Numbered from the stretch's first letter, positions 20,993 through 30,536 are shown. The stretch: DNA of 64,000 bases from Candidatus Cloacimonadales bacterium (GCA_963674825.1 OY771587.1:3829011-3893010), one strand, 5' to 3'. Made by a program: numbers and translations. Notes: generated by a model not told the origin, from the letters alone.

Positions 20993-22149
20993 TGGACGAT
21001 ACCCTGCTGAAAAAGCACGAAATCCGCGTACTGCTGGTTGACGACCAACAGATTGTCGGTGAGACCGTTCGACGTATGCTGGAAGACCAGAGAGACATGG
21101 AGTTCCTCTTCTGTAGCGACCCGACCCAGACCATCAAACAGGCGACAGCATTCAAGCCCAACATTATCCTGCAAGACCTCGTCATGCCCAAGATCGACGG
21201 TCTCACGCTGGTCAAATTCCTGCGTGCCAATCCAGAAACAGCCAAAGTTCCACTGATCGTCCTTTCCTCCAAGGAAGAGCCCGTTATCAAAGCGAAGGCG
21301 TTCGAACTGGGTGCGAACGACTATATGGTCAAGCTACCGGACAAGCTCGAGATCCTCGCCCGTATCCGCTATCACGCAATGGGCTACATCCATCTGTTGG
21401 AGCGTGACGAAGCCTATAATGCGCTTCTGGAGAGCAGGCAAGCCCTGGCATCTGAACTGAACGAAGCTGCGGAGTACGTAATCTCGCTACTCCCACCCGA
21501 GATCAATACACCCATCGATACCCGCTGGATCTTCATCCCCTCCAGTTCGCTGGGAGGCGACACGTTCGGCTATCACCCGCTTGACAACGACCATTACGCG
21601 ATCTACCTGCTCGACGTCTGCGGACACGGCGTGGGCGCTGCGCTGCTATCGGTGTCGGTGATGAACGTACTGCGATCCTGCTCGCTTCCGGGCACCGATT
21701 TCCTCGATCCGGGCAGCGTGCTGAGCGCGCTCAACGAGGCCTTCCCCATGGAGAAGCAGGGCGACAAGTTTTTCACCATCTGGTATGGTGTTTACCACTT
21801 TCCCACCGGTACGCTCAAGTACTCCAGCGGTGGACATCCGGCCGCAATCCTGATCAACAACGATAAACTCGACCTGCTCACCACCAAAGGCATGGTCATC
21901 GGCGGAATGCCGGGCATCCCATTTGCCACCGGCACCATACACGCACCCAAGGAAAGCACCCTGTATGTATTCAGCGACGGCGTATACGAGATCGTCGATT
22001 GCGCCACCAACGAGATGGTCGAATACGACGATTTCGTGAGAATCGTGCATGATAAGCGCAACCTCGTAGCCATCCAGGAGAAAATGATCGAGCTCAACGG
22101 CTCCCATGACTTCGACGACGACTTCTCGCTGGTCCGGGTGAGGCTCTAA
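20992..22149 (+). CDS. Response regulator with a PP2C/SpoIIE-type Ser phosphatase output domain (RsbU/HsbR-like)
   Basis: REC IRVLLVDDQQIV...IILQDLVMPKIDGLTLV. PP2C/SpoIIE SSLGGDTFGY...LLDVCGHGVGAALLS...SGGHPAAIL...VFSDGVYE. Start overlaps the CheA stop. Confidence 0.85.
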   Translation: MDDTLLKKHEIRVLLVDDQQIVGETVRRMLEDQRDMEFLFCSDPTQTIKQATAFKPNIILQDLVMPKIDGLTLVKFLRANPETAKVPLIVLSSKEEPVIKAKAFELGANDYMVKLPDKLEILARIRYHAMGYIHLLERDEAYNALLESRQALASELNEAAEYVISLLPPEINTPIDTRWIFIPSSSLGGDTFGYHPLDNDHYAIYLLDVCGHGVGAALLSVSVMNVLRSCSLPGTDFLDPGSVLSALNEAFPMEKQGDKFFTIWYGVYHFPTGTLKYSSGGHPAAILINNDKLDLLTTKGMVIGGMPGIPFATGTIHAPKESTLYVFSDGVYEIVDCATNEMVEYDDFVRIVHDKRNLVAIQEKMIELNGSHDFDDDFSLVRVRL

Positions 22150-22250
22150 AATACTCTTCGAAGTTTATATTGTGCTATTTTTCTATCCTTCTTGACAATG
22201 AATTCATCATTTGTCATGTTGCTTCATTCCGTAATTTAAAGGAGTATAGC

Positions 22251-22916
22251 ATGAAACCCATCGTCATAACTACTGTCGTAATTGCAGTTCTACTTCTCAT
22301 CTTCGGCTGCGCTCCACAGAAGACGCAGGAACAGATCAGACTGGAAGCTGAAGCGGATACGATGCTCGAATCCGGAGAACAGCTCTATCTGGCGCACAAC
22401 CTCTGGTATGAAAAAGAAGACAAGATCGAAGCCATTAATTTCAAGAACTTGCCGATGCGGATCCCTGTCGGTACAGCGGTCGATGGTGTTCTCATTACTT
22501 TTGATCAGGGTTACAAGGCATATTGTATCAAATTTAAAGTCGCTGGGCAACGCCGCGTCTTCGAGCTCATGATGAATGGGCGATATCAGAGTAACGAGCA
22601 GTCGCGTCTGAGCATAAAAGAACTATATGGCAGGACGTTTACCAACATGACTCTCGATGAACTGACACAAGGCTTGAAACCCGAAGAGATAGACAACATC
22701 AAGCGAGGCACGATCCAGCAGGGGATGTCGAAGAAGGCTGTCCTGATGTCCTGGGGATACCCTCCGCTTCATGGTACTCTGAACATTGATGAAGATCAGT
22801 GGGCATATTGGAAAAAACGCTCCCAGCGCGAGTTCGTGGACTTCGATGAATATGGCAAAGTATTCTACTCAACATGGTACGGTAAGGGCGGCAATTTCGT
22901 CGATGTGATCGAGTAA
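22251..22916 (+). CDS. Lipoprotein paralog 1 of 4 (N-domain of unknown function plus C-terminal BamE/SmpA-OmlA-like domain)
   Basis: AAGGAG RBS. Lipobox LLIFGC. Conserved LAHNLWYE...IEAINFKNLP and TFT..LDELTQGLKPEEI.NI..GTIQQGMSKKAVLMSWGYPP...W.YW...FVDFDEYGKV...WYGKGGN. Confidence 0.65.
   Translation: MKPIVITTVVIAVLLLIFGCAPQKTQEQIRLEAEADTMLESGEQLYLAHNLWYEKEDKIEAINFKNLPMRIPVGTAVDGVLITFDQGYKAYCIKFKVAGQRRVFELMMNGRYQSNEQSRLSIKELYGRTFTNMTLDELTQGLKPEEIDNIKRGTIQQGMSKKAVLMSWGYPPLHGTLNIDEDQWAYWKKRSQREFVDFDEYGKVFYSTWYGKGGNFVDVIE
22695..22916. repeat. ~215-bp tract near-identical (98-100%) to 24755..24976: a gene-conversion tract between the 3' ends of lipoprotein paralogs 1 and 4
   Basis: ~190 nt perfectly identical (CGAGGCACGATCCAGCAGGGGATGTCG...GTATTCTACTCAACATGGTA), while the upstream parts of the two genes are highly diverged. 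Confidence 0.8.
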
Positions 22917-22948
22917 TAACCAAACTGACAGCATACTGGAGATTTTAA

Positions 22949-23614
22949 GTGCACCCTAAGTCGCGATGGTTTAATCGTTTATCGATCGCTCTTGCTCTTC
23001 TCCCCTTGGCTCTGAGCCTTACTAGCTGCGTCCAGTACCGATTGGTTCAACTTTCTACGCAATACCTTGCCTATAATATTTGGTTCCTGGATCCTGATAT
23101 CATTCAAGGTGGAGGCCTGAAGCACCAACCCTACGTTCTGCCCATCGGCACACCGGTAAATAACATCAAAGTTCATGAGCTAGATGAAGGACCGTATACG
23201 GAGAGCAGTGAGCGGATTCAGTTCAGCCTGGCATACAATCCAGAAAAAGTATTCACGATGTGGCTGGAGCCGAAGTATTACCGCAACATCGATGGCACCG
23301 AAAGTCTGGAATCCGTCATCGAGAGAACATTCACAGACGAGCCTCTTGAAGCCCAACTCAAAGGTTTCACTGATGAAGAACGGGAGTTTATCAGGAAAGG
23401 TTTGGTCACACCGGGAATGAGCAAGAAAGCGATTCTCAAATCATGGGGCTACCCACCTAAAAAAGCAACCCGTGAACTTGATGATCCAAGGTGGTATTAC
23501 TGGCTTACAAGACTCAAAACAGCTCAACTGGATTTCGACAAGAATGACATCCTGACCATCACCACCGATTACGGTAAGGAAATTGGGAAATCGTCAACTG
23601 TTATCGATTGGTAA
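22949..23614 (+). CDS. Lipoprotein paralog 2 of 4 (GTG start)
   Basis: GGAG RBS. Lipobox LSLTSC. Conserved YLAYNIWF, GMSKKAILKSWGYPP, W.YW, LDFD motifs. Confidence 0.6.
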   Translation: MHPKSRWFNRLSIALALLPLALSLTSCVQYRLVQLSTQYLAYNIWFLDPDIIQGGGLKHQPYVLPIGTPVNNIKVHELDEGPYTESSERIQFSLAYNPEKVFTMWLEPKYYRNIDGTESLESVIERTFTDEPLEAQLKGFTDEEREFIRKGLVTPGMSKKAILKSWGYPPKKATRELDDPRWYYWLTRLKTAQLDFDKNDILTITTDYGKEIGKSSTVIDW

Positions 23615-23647
23615 CACATGACATAGGATTTTTACGGAGATACAATA

Positions 23648-24277
23648 ATGAAAACATTAATCGCCGCAGTATGTTTCCTCATCTTGAGTAGCATTCTGTT
23701 TCTTGGCTGCGCAGGCCCCAAAGTGGAAGAACCCAAAGAGACATTCTACCTCGCTTATAATCTCTGGTTCCAGTACCCCAACAAAATCGAGGCAATCAAC
23801 TTCAAAGGTTTGAGCAACATGCTGCCAATCGGCACACCCATTCAGGATATTCACACACAATACAATAAGGACATTGGAGAATATATGATATACTTCAATG
23901 CCATTGAGCAGGACCATAAATACAGGTTGTTCTTCAATAAAAAATATCAGACCACCCCGGAGAGAGTCCTCACCAATATAGAGCTTATCGAAAGAACATT
24001 CACGACGAAGACCCTGGAAGAGTTGACAGAAGGATTGAAGCCTGAGGAAATCGAGAACATTCGCAACGGAACCATTCAGAGAGGGATGTCCAGAAGAGCC
24101 GTTCTTCTATCATGGGGCTATCCACCGATTCACAAGAATCCCGACATCAATGCCGCACGGCTCATCTACTGGAAGATGCGATTGCAGAAGCTGTATGTAG
24201 ACTTCGATGAGAATGATCGCGTAAGGATGGCAACCTGGTATGGCCTCGGCGGAAACGAACACGACGTCATTCAATAA
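23648..24277 (+). CDS. Lipoprotein paralog 3 of 4
   Basis: GGAGA RBS. Lipobox LFLGCAG. LAYNLWFQ...IEAINFKGL, GMSRRAVLLSWGYPP, YWK...YVDFDENDRV, WYGLGGN. Confidence 0.65.
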   Translation: MKTLIAAVCFLILSSILFLGCAGPKVEEPKETFYLAYNLWFQYPNKIEAINFKGLSNMLPIGTPIQDIHTQYNKDIGEYMIYFNAIEQDHKYRLFFNKKYQTTPERVLTNIELIERTFTTKTLEELTEGLKPEEIENIRNGTIQRGMSRRAVLLSWGYPPIHKNPDINAARLIYWKMRLQKLYVDFDENDRVRMATWYGLGGNEHDVIQ

Positions 24278-24310
24278 ATAATTTTTGCCAACATATCAAC
24301 GGAGAACCTC

Positions 24311-24976
24311 ATGAAATACGGTCTCATCCTGATCATTATCGTGGGTAGCCTGATAGGCTGTGCACATCAGAAATCACAAGAGCAGATTCACCTGGAAGCG
24401 GAAGTCGACAAACTCCTAACCTCCGGTCAATCCATCTATATAGCTCATACCCTGTGGTTCGAAAATCCCGATCGAGTCGAGGCGATCAATTTCAAGGGCC
24501 TGCCAATGAAACTGGACGCCGGCACAGAAATTGACCATATTGACCTGTTCCTGACCAATCCTCAGGAGAACATTTTTTATTCGCACATCGATATCACGCT
24601 GCTCAGTCGGCCTGAACCGATCCAGCTTATCATCAACCAACGGTATCAGAGAAACGGAAGCAAGAAGCTCGATATCCTGGCGCTGCTTACTCGAACGTTC
24701 ACGACACAATCATTCGACGAACTCACGAAAGGCCTGAAACCTGAAGAGATCAAGAACATCAAACGAGGCACGATCCAGCAGGGGATGTCGAAGAAGGCTG
24801 TCCTGATGTCCTGGGGATACCCTCCGCTTCATGGTACTCTGAACATTGATGAAGATCAGTGGGCATATTGGAAAAAACGCTCCCAGCGCGAGTTCGTGGA
24901 CTTCGATGAATATGGCAAAGTATTCTACTCAACATGGTATGGTAAGGGCGGGAATTTCGTCGATATAATCGAGTAA
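24311..24976 (+). CDS. Lipoprotein paralog 4 of 4 (C-terminal 66 aa identical to paralog 1)
   Basis: GGAGA RBS. Lipobox SLIGCAH. IAHTLWFE...VEAINFKGLPM; shared 3' tract. Confidence 0.65.
   Translation: MKYGLILIIIVGSLIGCAHQKSQEQIHLEAEVDKLLTSGQSIYIAHTLWFENPDRVEAINFKGLPMKLDAGTEIDHIDLFLTNPQENIFYSHIDITLLSRPEPIQLIINQRYQRNGSKKLDILALLTRTFTTQSFDELTKGLKPEEIKNIKRGTIQQGMSKKAVLMSWGYPPLHGTLNIDEDQWAYWKKRSQREFVDFDEYGKVFYSTWYGKGGNFVDIIE
24755..24976. repeat. Second copy of the ~215-bp near-identical tract (see 22695..22916)
   Basis: Direct nucleotide comparison. Confidence 0.8.
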
Positions 24977-25002
24977 CCATTCCCGCATTCAAGACTTTGC
25001 AC

Positions 25003-25030
25003 GGGCAATCCATTGTTATTGCCCTTTTCG
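25003..25030 (+). terminator. Rho-independent terminator after lipoprotein paralog 4
   Basis: GGGCAAT-ccattgtt-ATTGCCC then TTTT. Confidence 0.55.
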
Positions 25031-25324
25031 TTATACATGCACCATGGCATCATCTACCGATTCTGACGAACAGAGCGAGACGATGATATCGAGGATTTTC
25101 GTGCCGTGCTTCGATACACTCCCACGTCGTATCGGGGGGATCCGAGTTTGTGCTTCGCAAAACTCACAACTCAGCATGACACGGTTATTCGTGCTGTTCC
25201 CTCTTTGTCATCCCGAGTAGCGCATATTCCAGTTTTGTTCTAATGCGTACGCAGGAAGAGAAAAGAAGATGCAGGCAAAGGTGCCTGCGTACCATGGAGA
25301 CGTCTGCGTTCCCAGGCTTAGCAC

Positions 25325-25357
25325 AAAAAAAAACGCCAACAGCATTGCTGTCGGCGT
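25325..25357 (-). terminator. Rho-independent terminator (minus strand) downstream of tRNA-Leu/secG
   Basis: On the minus strand: AACGCCGACAGCAATGCTGTTGGCGTT followed by T9. Confidence 0.5.
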
Positions 25358-25366
25358 TAGTATAGT

Positions 25367-25456
25367 TGGTGCAGAAGGCGGGACTCGAACCCGCACACCC
25401 GTTACAGGCACAAGATCCTTAGTCTTGCGTGTCTGCCAATTCCACCACTTCTGCGC
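25367..25456 (-). tRNA. tRNA-Leu (long variable arm, encoded CCA); anticodon loop reads CUAAGGA, giving an apparent anticodon AAG
   Basis: Minus strand: GCGCAGAAGTGGTGGAATTGGCAGACACG-CAAGA-CTAAGGA-TCTTG-TGCCTGTAACGGGTGTGC-GGGTTCGAGTCCCGCC-TTCTGCACCA. 7-bp acceptor stem, Leu-like D-arm, T-arm GGTTCGAGTCC. ORFs 25208..25411 and 25269..25844 overlap it and are spurious. Confidence 0.8.
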
Positions 25457-25477
25457 TTATATTTTTGCTATAAAGAT

Positions 25478-25867
25478 CTATTCTGTTTTCGCTTCTTCAG
25501 CTTTCGGTTTCACGTCAACTTGCATCGGCTCGGTAACGGGAACTTCAACTGTACCAGCATCACCAGCGGGAGCAACCTGTTCTTCAGTCTGGATAAGATC
25601 CAGCGCTGGAGTATCGACACTTGACTTGGCTACTTTGCCTTGGCTGTTAACCAGAACGGCCATCAGGATCGAAGTCAGCATGAATGCTCCGGCAAAAATA
25701 CGGGTCAGCTTCTTCATGAAAGAAGTAGCTCCCTGGCTACCAAACATATTCATTGCGGTTCCGCCGACGATACCATCAATAGCGCCACCCTTACTCGACT
25801 GGCTGAGAATGATCAGAATCAACGCGAAACTGACCAATACGTGAAAACCTAACAGAACATAGTACAT
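25478..25867 (-). CDS. secG: Preprotein translocase subunit SecG
   Basis: MYYVLLGFHVLVSFALILIILSQSSKGGAIDGIVGG...FGSQGATSFMKKLTRIFAGAFMLTSILM; small two-TM protein. Confidence 0.8.
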   Translation of the reverse strand: MYYVLLGFHVLVSFALILIILSQSSKGGAIDGIVGGTAMNMFGSQGATSFMKKLTRIFAGAFMLTSILMAVLVNSQGKVAKSSVDTPALDLIQTEEQVAPAGDAGTVEVPVTEPMQVDVKPKAEEAKTE

Positions 25868-26063
25868 CTTTCAAACTCCATTGTTCGCTACTGCGTCATG
25901 AACGAAAGCCACATTCATCAACCGGGTTTTGACTGTCAATGTAAATTTTCAAAAAAAACAATTTCCTTTTGCAGAACAATCCGCCCCTTGTTTCTCCTGC
26001 TACTCTGTAGATCCACGGTCGTGATCGCTATGTTACGCTATTGCAAAATATCCAGATATTCCT

Positions 26064-26094
26064 TGACATGATATAGCGCATTCTCACTATACCT
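26064..26094 (+). promoter_or_regulatory. Sigma70-like promoter with flanking direct repeats ATGATATAGC (possible PadR autoregulatory site)
   Basis: TTGACA-17/19-ACTATA/TATACC; ATGATATAGC occurs at ~26070 and ~26100. Confidence 0.35.
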
Positions 26095-26123
26095 CTGTAA
26101 TGATATAGCAGGAAGGAGTTGTT

Positions 26124-26522
26124 ATGGCACTCAAAAAGAACGTCCAAAAGACAATGACGGTCTGGCAGAGAGAATATAAAAGAGGACTCACTGCTTACAT
26201 TATCCTGTTGCTACTCAAAGACGACAGCCTATATGGATATCAACTTACCGCTCACATGACCGAGTTAATGGATAATCGGATCGTATTCAAAGAAAACGCG
26301 ATATACAATATTTTGAAGCAACTATATAAGAAGGAATTCGTCTCATATGAATGGAAGAAATCAACGAAAGGCCCCAAACGCAAGTATTATCGGATTACTG
26401 AGGCGGGAAACGAGCTTATTGAAGCGTTTACCACTGACTACGTAACACCGATGTTGAAAGGCCTTGGCTCTCTGATCGAATTAAAGATTGGCGTAATTGG
26501 AGGAAACAAAAATGATACCTGA
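26124..26522 (+). CDS. PadR family transcriptional regulator
   Basis: LTAYIILLLLKDDSLYGYQL...ENAIYNILKQL...KRKYYRITEAGNE (PadR winged helix). Confidence 0.8.
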   Translation: MALKKNVQKTMTVWQREYKRGLTAYIILLLLKDDSLYGYQLTAHMTELMDNRIVFKENAIYNILKQLYKKEFVSYEWKKSTKGPKRKYYRITEAGNELIEAFTTDYVTPMLKGLGSLIELKIGVIGGNKNDT

Positions 26523-27633
26523 TATAAATATTGGCAATCTGCACGCAGATAAAGCCATTATCCAGGGAGGCATGGGCGTAGGTATATCGCTTTCCGGCCT
26601 GGCCTCAGCAGTTGCAGAAGAAGGAGGGATCGGCGTGATCTCTTCGGTAGGGCTTGGTTTGCTCCACCCTGACATGGGCAAGACATTCCATGAAGCGAAT
26701 CTAAATTCACTGCGCAATGAAATCCGTACGGCTCGCAAAAATACAAATGGTGTGCTGGGCGTGAACGTGATGGTTGCAGTTACAGACTATGAACAGCTTG
26801 TAAAAGTCGCGCTGGATGAGAAGATCGACATCATTTTCCTCGGAGCAGGATTGCCGTTAAAATCTCCCGGAGCTCTCACACCAAGAGAATTAGGTCACAT
26901 TGAAACCAAGCTAGCAGTCATTGTATCTTCAGCAAGAGCTGCGAAAGTAGTGCTCTCCACCTGGGACAAACGATTTTCTCGACTCCCAGATGCATTCGTG
27001 GTAGAAGGCCCCAAAGCAGGCGGCCATCTGGGATTCAAACTCGATCAGATAAATGACCCTGAATTTGCTTTGGAGAACATCCTTCCGGGGATCTTGACAG
27101 TCATTCACGAATATGAAGCAAAATACAAGAAGTCGATACCGGTTATCGCAGCCGGAGGAATCTTCAACGGTAGTGATGTTTATAACATCATGCAACAGGG
27201 TGTTCAGGGGGTCCAGATGGGTACGCGATTTGTTGCGACTGACGAATGCGACGCCTCGCAAAACTTCAAGGATCAGTTCTTGAAATGCAAATCGGATGAT
27301 ATCGTTATCATCGAGAGCCCTGTAGGGCTACCCGGTCGCGCTATTAGTAACAATTTCCTAAGAGATGTGAGCAGTGGTTTGCGGAAACCATTTTCATGCC
27401 CTTGGCACTGCCTGAAAACTTGCGACTTCACGAATGCACCCTACTGTATTGCGCAAGCGCTTAAGAACGCCAGAAATGGGTTGTTTGACAATGGATTCGC
27501 CTTTTCAGGTGCAAAGGCCTTCCTGTTGGAACGAATGGTATCGGTCAAAGAGGTTTTTCAGAATCTAGCCAACGAATATAGTAACGCCGTTTCAACGTCG
27601 ATTCTCAATCCGCAATCTGTTGCGATAAGATAA
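26497..27633 (+). CDS. Nitronate monooxygenase/2-nitropropane dioxygenase family flavoenzyme (FabK-like)
   Basis: IIQGGMGVGISLSGLASAVAEEGGIGVISS...AAGGIFNGSDV (NMO/NPD TIM-barrel signature). Confidence 0.75.
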   Translation: MEETKMIPDINIGNLHADKAIIQGGMGVGISLSGLASAVAEEGGIGVISSVGLGLLHPDMGKTFHEANLNSLRNEIRTARKNTNGVLGVNVMVAVTDYEQLVKVALDEKIDIIFLGAGLPLKSPGALTPRELGHIETKLAVIVSSARAAKVVLSTWDKRFSRLPDAFVVEGPKAGGHLGFKLDQINDPEFALENILPGILTVIHEYEAKYKKSIPVIAAGGIFNGSDVYNIMQQGVQGVQMGTRFVATDECDASQNFKDQFLKCKSDDIVIIESPVGLPGRAISNNFLRDVSSGLRKPFSCPWHCLKTCDFTNAPYCIAQALKNARNGLFDNGFAFSGAKAFLLERMVSVKEVFQNLANEYSNAVSTSILNPQSVAIR

Positions 27634-27647
27634 GCTTCGCTTCGGCC

Positions 27648-28730
27648 TTATCCTTGGATAAGGCCGACAGCTTTTTCTAGAGCTTCAAAAGGTAATCCAT
27701 AGGTTATTCGCACCCATCCGTAGCCCATTTCACCAAACGCGCTACCCGGCACCGTGACCACTCCGCGAGCCATCAAATCACGCACGAAATCCACGTCCGA
27801 TCCACCAACATGCGCGAATAAATACGGCGCTGCATGGTTCGGCAGAATCGTCATCTCTTTCAAGCGTTCCATTACAAGCACGCGATTTCTGTTCAGCGCT
27901 TCCCGCAACTCGCGATTGACCTGCCATCCTGCATCGGAGAAAACTTCGATTGCTACATCTTGTGATATTTTCGGTGCACAGGTTGCGGCATACTGATGTA
28001 TCCGTGTCGCAGCCCGGACGACATCCAGTTCCGCATGCAGCCAGCCGAGTCTCCAACCGGTCATAGCATGAGACTTAGATAATGCAGATACAACAATACA
28101 TCGCGGGTCAGCTCCGGCAAAGCTCGCCTGACGCGCTTCCACGTATAGTTCGCGATAGACCTCATCCACAACCAGCCATACATCGTTCTCACGGCAGAAG
28201 TCGAGAATAACGGCTCGTTCATCGTCAGATATCGCTGTTCCCAGCGGATTGGATGGATTACATAAAATCATCGCGCGTGCGTCCCGGTGATTGTTCAGCG
28301 CGGCGACATCGAGTCTGAAATCATTCTTGGGATCGAAAATGCAAGATGCCGGTTTTCCACCGTAGTACCGCACAAGGTTGGGATACGCCACATAGCCGGG
28401 ATCAGGAACCAGCACCTTGTCGCCGGGTTCGATGATCGCACCGAGCGCGACAAAGATGGCTTCCTCCGCCCCACATGTCACACATATATTCTCCGATTCA
28501 CTTCCGTAATATTCTGCGATCTTGGCGCGTAATGGCGGATATCCCGCGTTGGGCGTGTAGGTTATATCGGCACGCTGCACGGCCTTCACTCCAGCATCGA
28601 GGATAAAGGGATGCAACGATAACTTGAGTTCGCCCAGCCCGAGATTTATTGCATCCTTGGGCGCTTGGTCGAATAGCTCACGAATAGCGGACGGCTTGAG
28701 TGCGCTGCTTCTGGAGGAGAGTCGCGTCAT
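27648..28730 (-). CDS. Class I PLP aminotransferase, likely N-succinyl-diaminopimelate aminotransferase (DapC-like) given its coupling to dapD
   Basis: PLP-lysine context [16 protein letters not shown]. 4-nt overlap with the dapD stop. Confidence 0.7.
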   Translation of the reverse strand: MTRLSSRSSALKPSAIRELFDQAPKDAINLGLGELKLSLHPFILDAGVKAVQRADITYTPNAGYPPLRAKIAEYYGSESENICVTCGAEEAIFVALGAIIEPGDKVLVPDPGYVAYPNLVRYYGGKPASCIFDPKNDFRLDVAALNNHRDARAMILCNPSNPLGTAISDDERAVILDFCRENDVWLVVDEVYRELYVEARQASFAGADPRCIVVSALSKSHAMTGWRLGWLHAELDVVRAATRIHQYAATCAPKISQDVAIEVFSDAGWQVNRELREALNRNRVLVMERLKEMTILPNHAAPYLFAHVGGSDVDFVRDLMARGVVTVPGSAFGEMGYGWVRITYGLPFEALEKAVGLIQG

Positions 28731-29557
28731 CGGAGCAAGTCCTCCAGTGTGACGGACACATCACTCTTTTCGTCGCGATACTTGATAATGATGGGACAAT
28801 AGACGGAGAAACCCTCATGGCCCTTTAAAGGACGACTACCAGGCACGATCACCGCGCCGGCGGGTATCTTCTTGGCCTCGCGATTCAGAAACTCACCCTT
28901 CACCGCATCAAAAACAGGCGTGCTGCCGGTGAGGATCACACCTGCTGCAATAATAGCCCTGGTCTCGACGATGATTCCGTCGAATATGCCTGAGTTCCCC
29001 CCAATAAAGACATCATCCTCGATGATCACGGGTTGTGCGCCAATCGGCTCCAAAACACCCCCCAATATCGCGCCAGCGCTGAGATGAACACGTTTCCCGA
29101 CCTGTGCACAACTACCAACCAGCGCATGGGAGTCGATCATCGATCCTTCGTCCACATAGCCTCCGACATTTACGTACGACGGTGGCATCATCACCACCGA
29201 TTTCGCCAGGTAAGATCCGGTACGAACCGACGATCCCCCAGGGACGATGCGAACACCGTCTTCGATCTCGAAGGTACGTTCGGGATAGGTGTCTTTATCG
29301 ATGAAATATTTCATCTTGCTGAGCGGGATCTGACTGAGGGTACCCATGCGAAATCCCAGTAGAATACCTTTCTTGATCCATCCGTTGACCTGCCAGGTAT
29401 CGCCATGCTTCTCGGCTGCTCGGATCTCCCCTCGATTCAGCGCAGAAATGAACGTGTTGAACAGCTCACGGTCAGCTGCGGTAAAGCTGCCTTTCTTGCT
29501 TTCGTAGCAGGTCTCAATTCTTTCTTGTAGATGATCCATTTTTACTCCTGAATTCAT
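28727..29557 (-). CDS. dapD: 2,3,4,5-tetrahydropyridine-2,6-dicarboxylate N-succinyltransferase (start probably at MDHLQERIE, ~29539)
   Basis: N-terminal [10 protein letters not shown]...[28 protein letters not shown] plus hexapeptide-repeat left-handed beta-helix region. Confidence 0.8.
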   Translation of the reverse strand: MNSGVKMDHLQERIETCYESKKGSFTAADRELFNTFISALNRGEIRAAEKHGDTWQVNGWIKKGILLGFRMGTLSQIPLSKMKYFIDKDTYPERTFEIEDGVRIVPGGSSVRTGSYLAKSVVMMPPSYVNVGGYVDEGSMIDSHALVGSCAQVGKRVHLSAGAILGGVLEPIGAQPVIIEDDVFIGGNSGIFDGIIVETRAIIAAGVILTGSTPVFDAVKGEFLNREAKKIPAGAVIVPGSRPLKGHEGFSVYCPIIIKYRDEKSDVSVTLEDLLR

Positions 29558-30536
29558 TGATTCTGGCGAAGAAATTGATTTCCATCGCGATCTGATCCGG
29601 ATTCAACACCTTCATTGCTGCGCCGAGATCCTTTGCCACCTTGGGCATTCCATAAACAACGCAAGTCTCTTCGTTCTGTGCTACAGTGTACCACCCGGCT
29701 CGGCGCAGATTTAAAAGGCCCCGAGCCCCATCTTCGCCCATTCCGGTAAGAAGCACTGCCAGGCCCGAAGGTTCGCGTCTCACGATGCTATTGAAAAAGA
29801 TATCCACCGATGGATGGTAAAAAGTCTTCATCTCGGCTTTCCGATAGCGGAAGCACTCGTTCGAATCCAATATGAGATGATCGTCAGTCGCCGCCAGATA
29901 AATATTGTTCTCACTCGGTCGTTCACCTTCTTGAGCGATCTGCACCGGGATCTTGGTGTATGTTTGCATCCAGACAACCATGTTTTCTGTAAAACTCTTC
30001 GCAACATGCAAGATGATAATGATCGCCACCGGAATCGGCTGGAACAACTGCTGCATAATGGTTGTCAATATTCCCGGGCCACCTGTTGAAGCACCGATTG
30101 CGACCAGTGTCGGCTTCCTGTATGGCCTTTGTTCGCCGGATCGTTTATCTGGAGCAGTAAGCGGTTTGTGCGTACGCAGATAACCGAGAAATTTCTTCCG
30201 CTCCGCCTCGGTTGGCTCGAACGGCAGTGTGATCGAACCCGACACACCCCAGTTCATGATATCGAAGATATAATGAACATCGCGCTTGGAGTCTCTCGTA
30301 ACCACAAACACCAGGCATTTTGAGACCGACATGATATCACGTACGGTTCGTTTTGCGACGGATAAAGGAACATCCGTCGATATCAGGAAAATATCCGCCG
30401 GATTGCTTTTCTGCTTTTCGATGACTTCCAGCGCACCCGTAACATTCCACACGAGCCAGAATTCCGATTCGTCTTTAAAAATGGATGTTACCTGTGTCGA
30501 AAGGTGACTGGACAGAGTTAAGAGTCCGATTTTCAA
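29514..30536 (-). CDS. Protein-glutamate methylesterase CheB-like, with a degenerate N-terminal receiver
   Basis: Catalytic domain [14 protein letters not shown]...[10 protein letters not shown]...[10 protein letters not shown]...YGMPKVA. N-terminal REC-like region lacks clear canonical acid-pocket residues. Confidence 0.75.
   Translation of the reverse strand: MKIGLLTLSSHLSTQVTSIFKDESEFWLVWNVTGALEVIEKQKSNPADIFLISTDVPLSVAKRTVRDIMSVSKCLVFVVTRDSKRDVHYIFDIMNWGVSGSITLPFEPTEAERKKFLGYLRTHKPLTAPDKRSGEQRPYRKPTLVAIGASTGGPGILTTIMQQLFQPIPVAIIIILHVAKSFTENMVVWMQTYTKIPVQIAQEGERPSENNIYLAATDDHLILDSNECFRYRKAEMKTFYHPSVDIFFNSIVRREPSGLAVLLTGMGEDGARGLLNLRRAGWYTVAQNEETCVVYGMPKVAKDLGAAMKVLNPDQIAMEINFFARINEFRSKNGSSTRKN

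Noticed and set aside
25040-25320. Candidate structured RNA (tmRNA, 6S or RNase P) in the ~330-bp gap before tRNA-Leu, which contains nested inverted repeats (GTACGCAGG...CCTGCGTAC)
   Set aside because: I could not find hallmark motifs (tRNA-like end of tmRNA, RNase P P4 or SRP domain IV). It is left unannotated; an Rfam scan would settle it.
25208-25844. ORFs 25208..25411 (-) and 25269..25844 (+)
   Set aside because: They overlap the tRNA-Leu gene and run antisense to secG. Composition is inconsistent with coding sequence.
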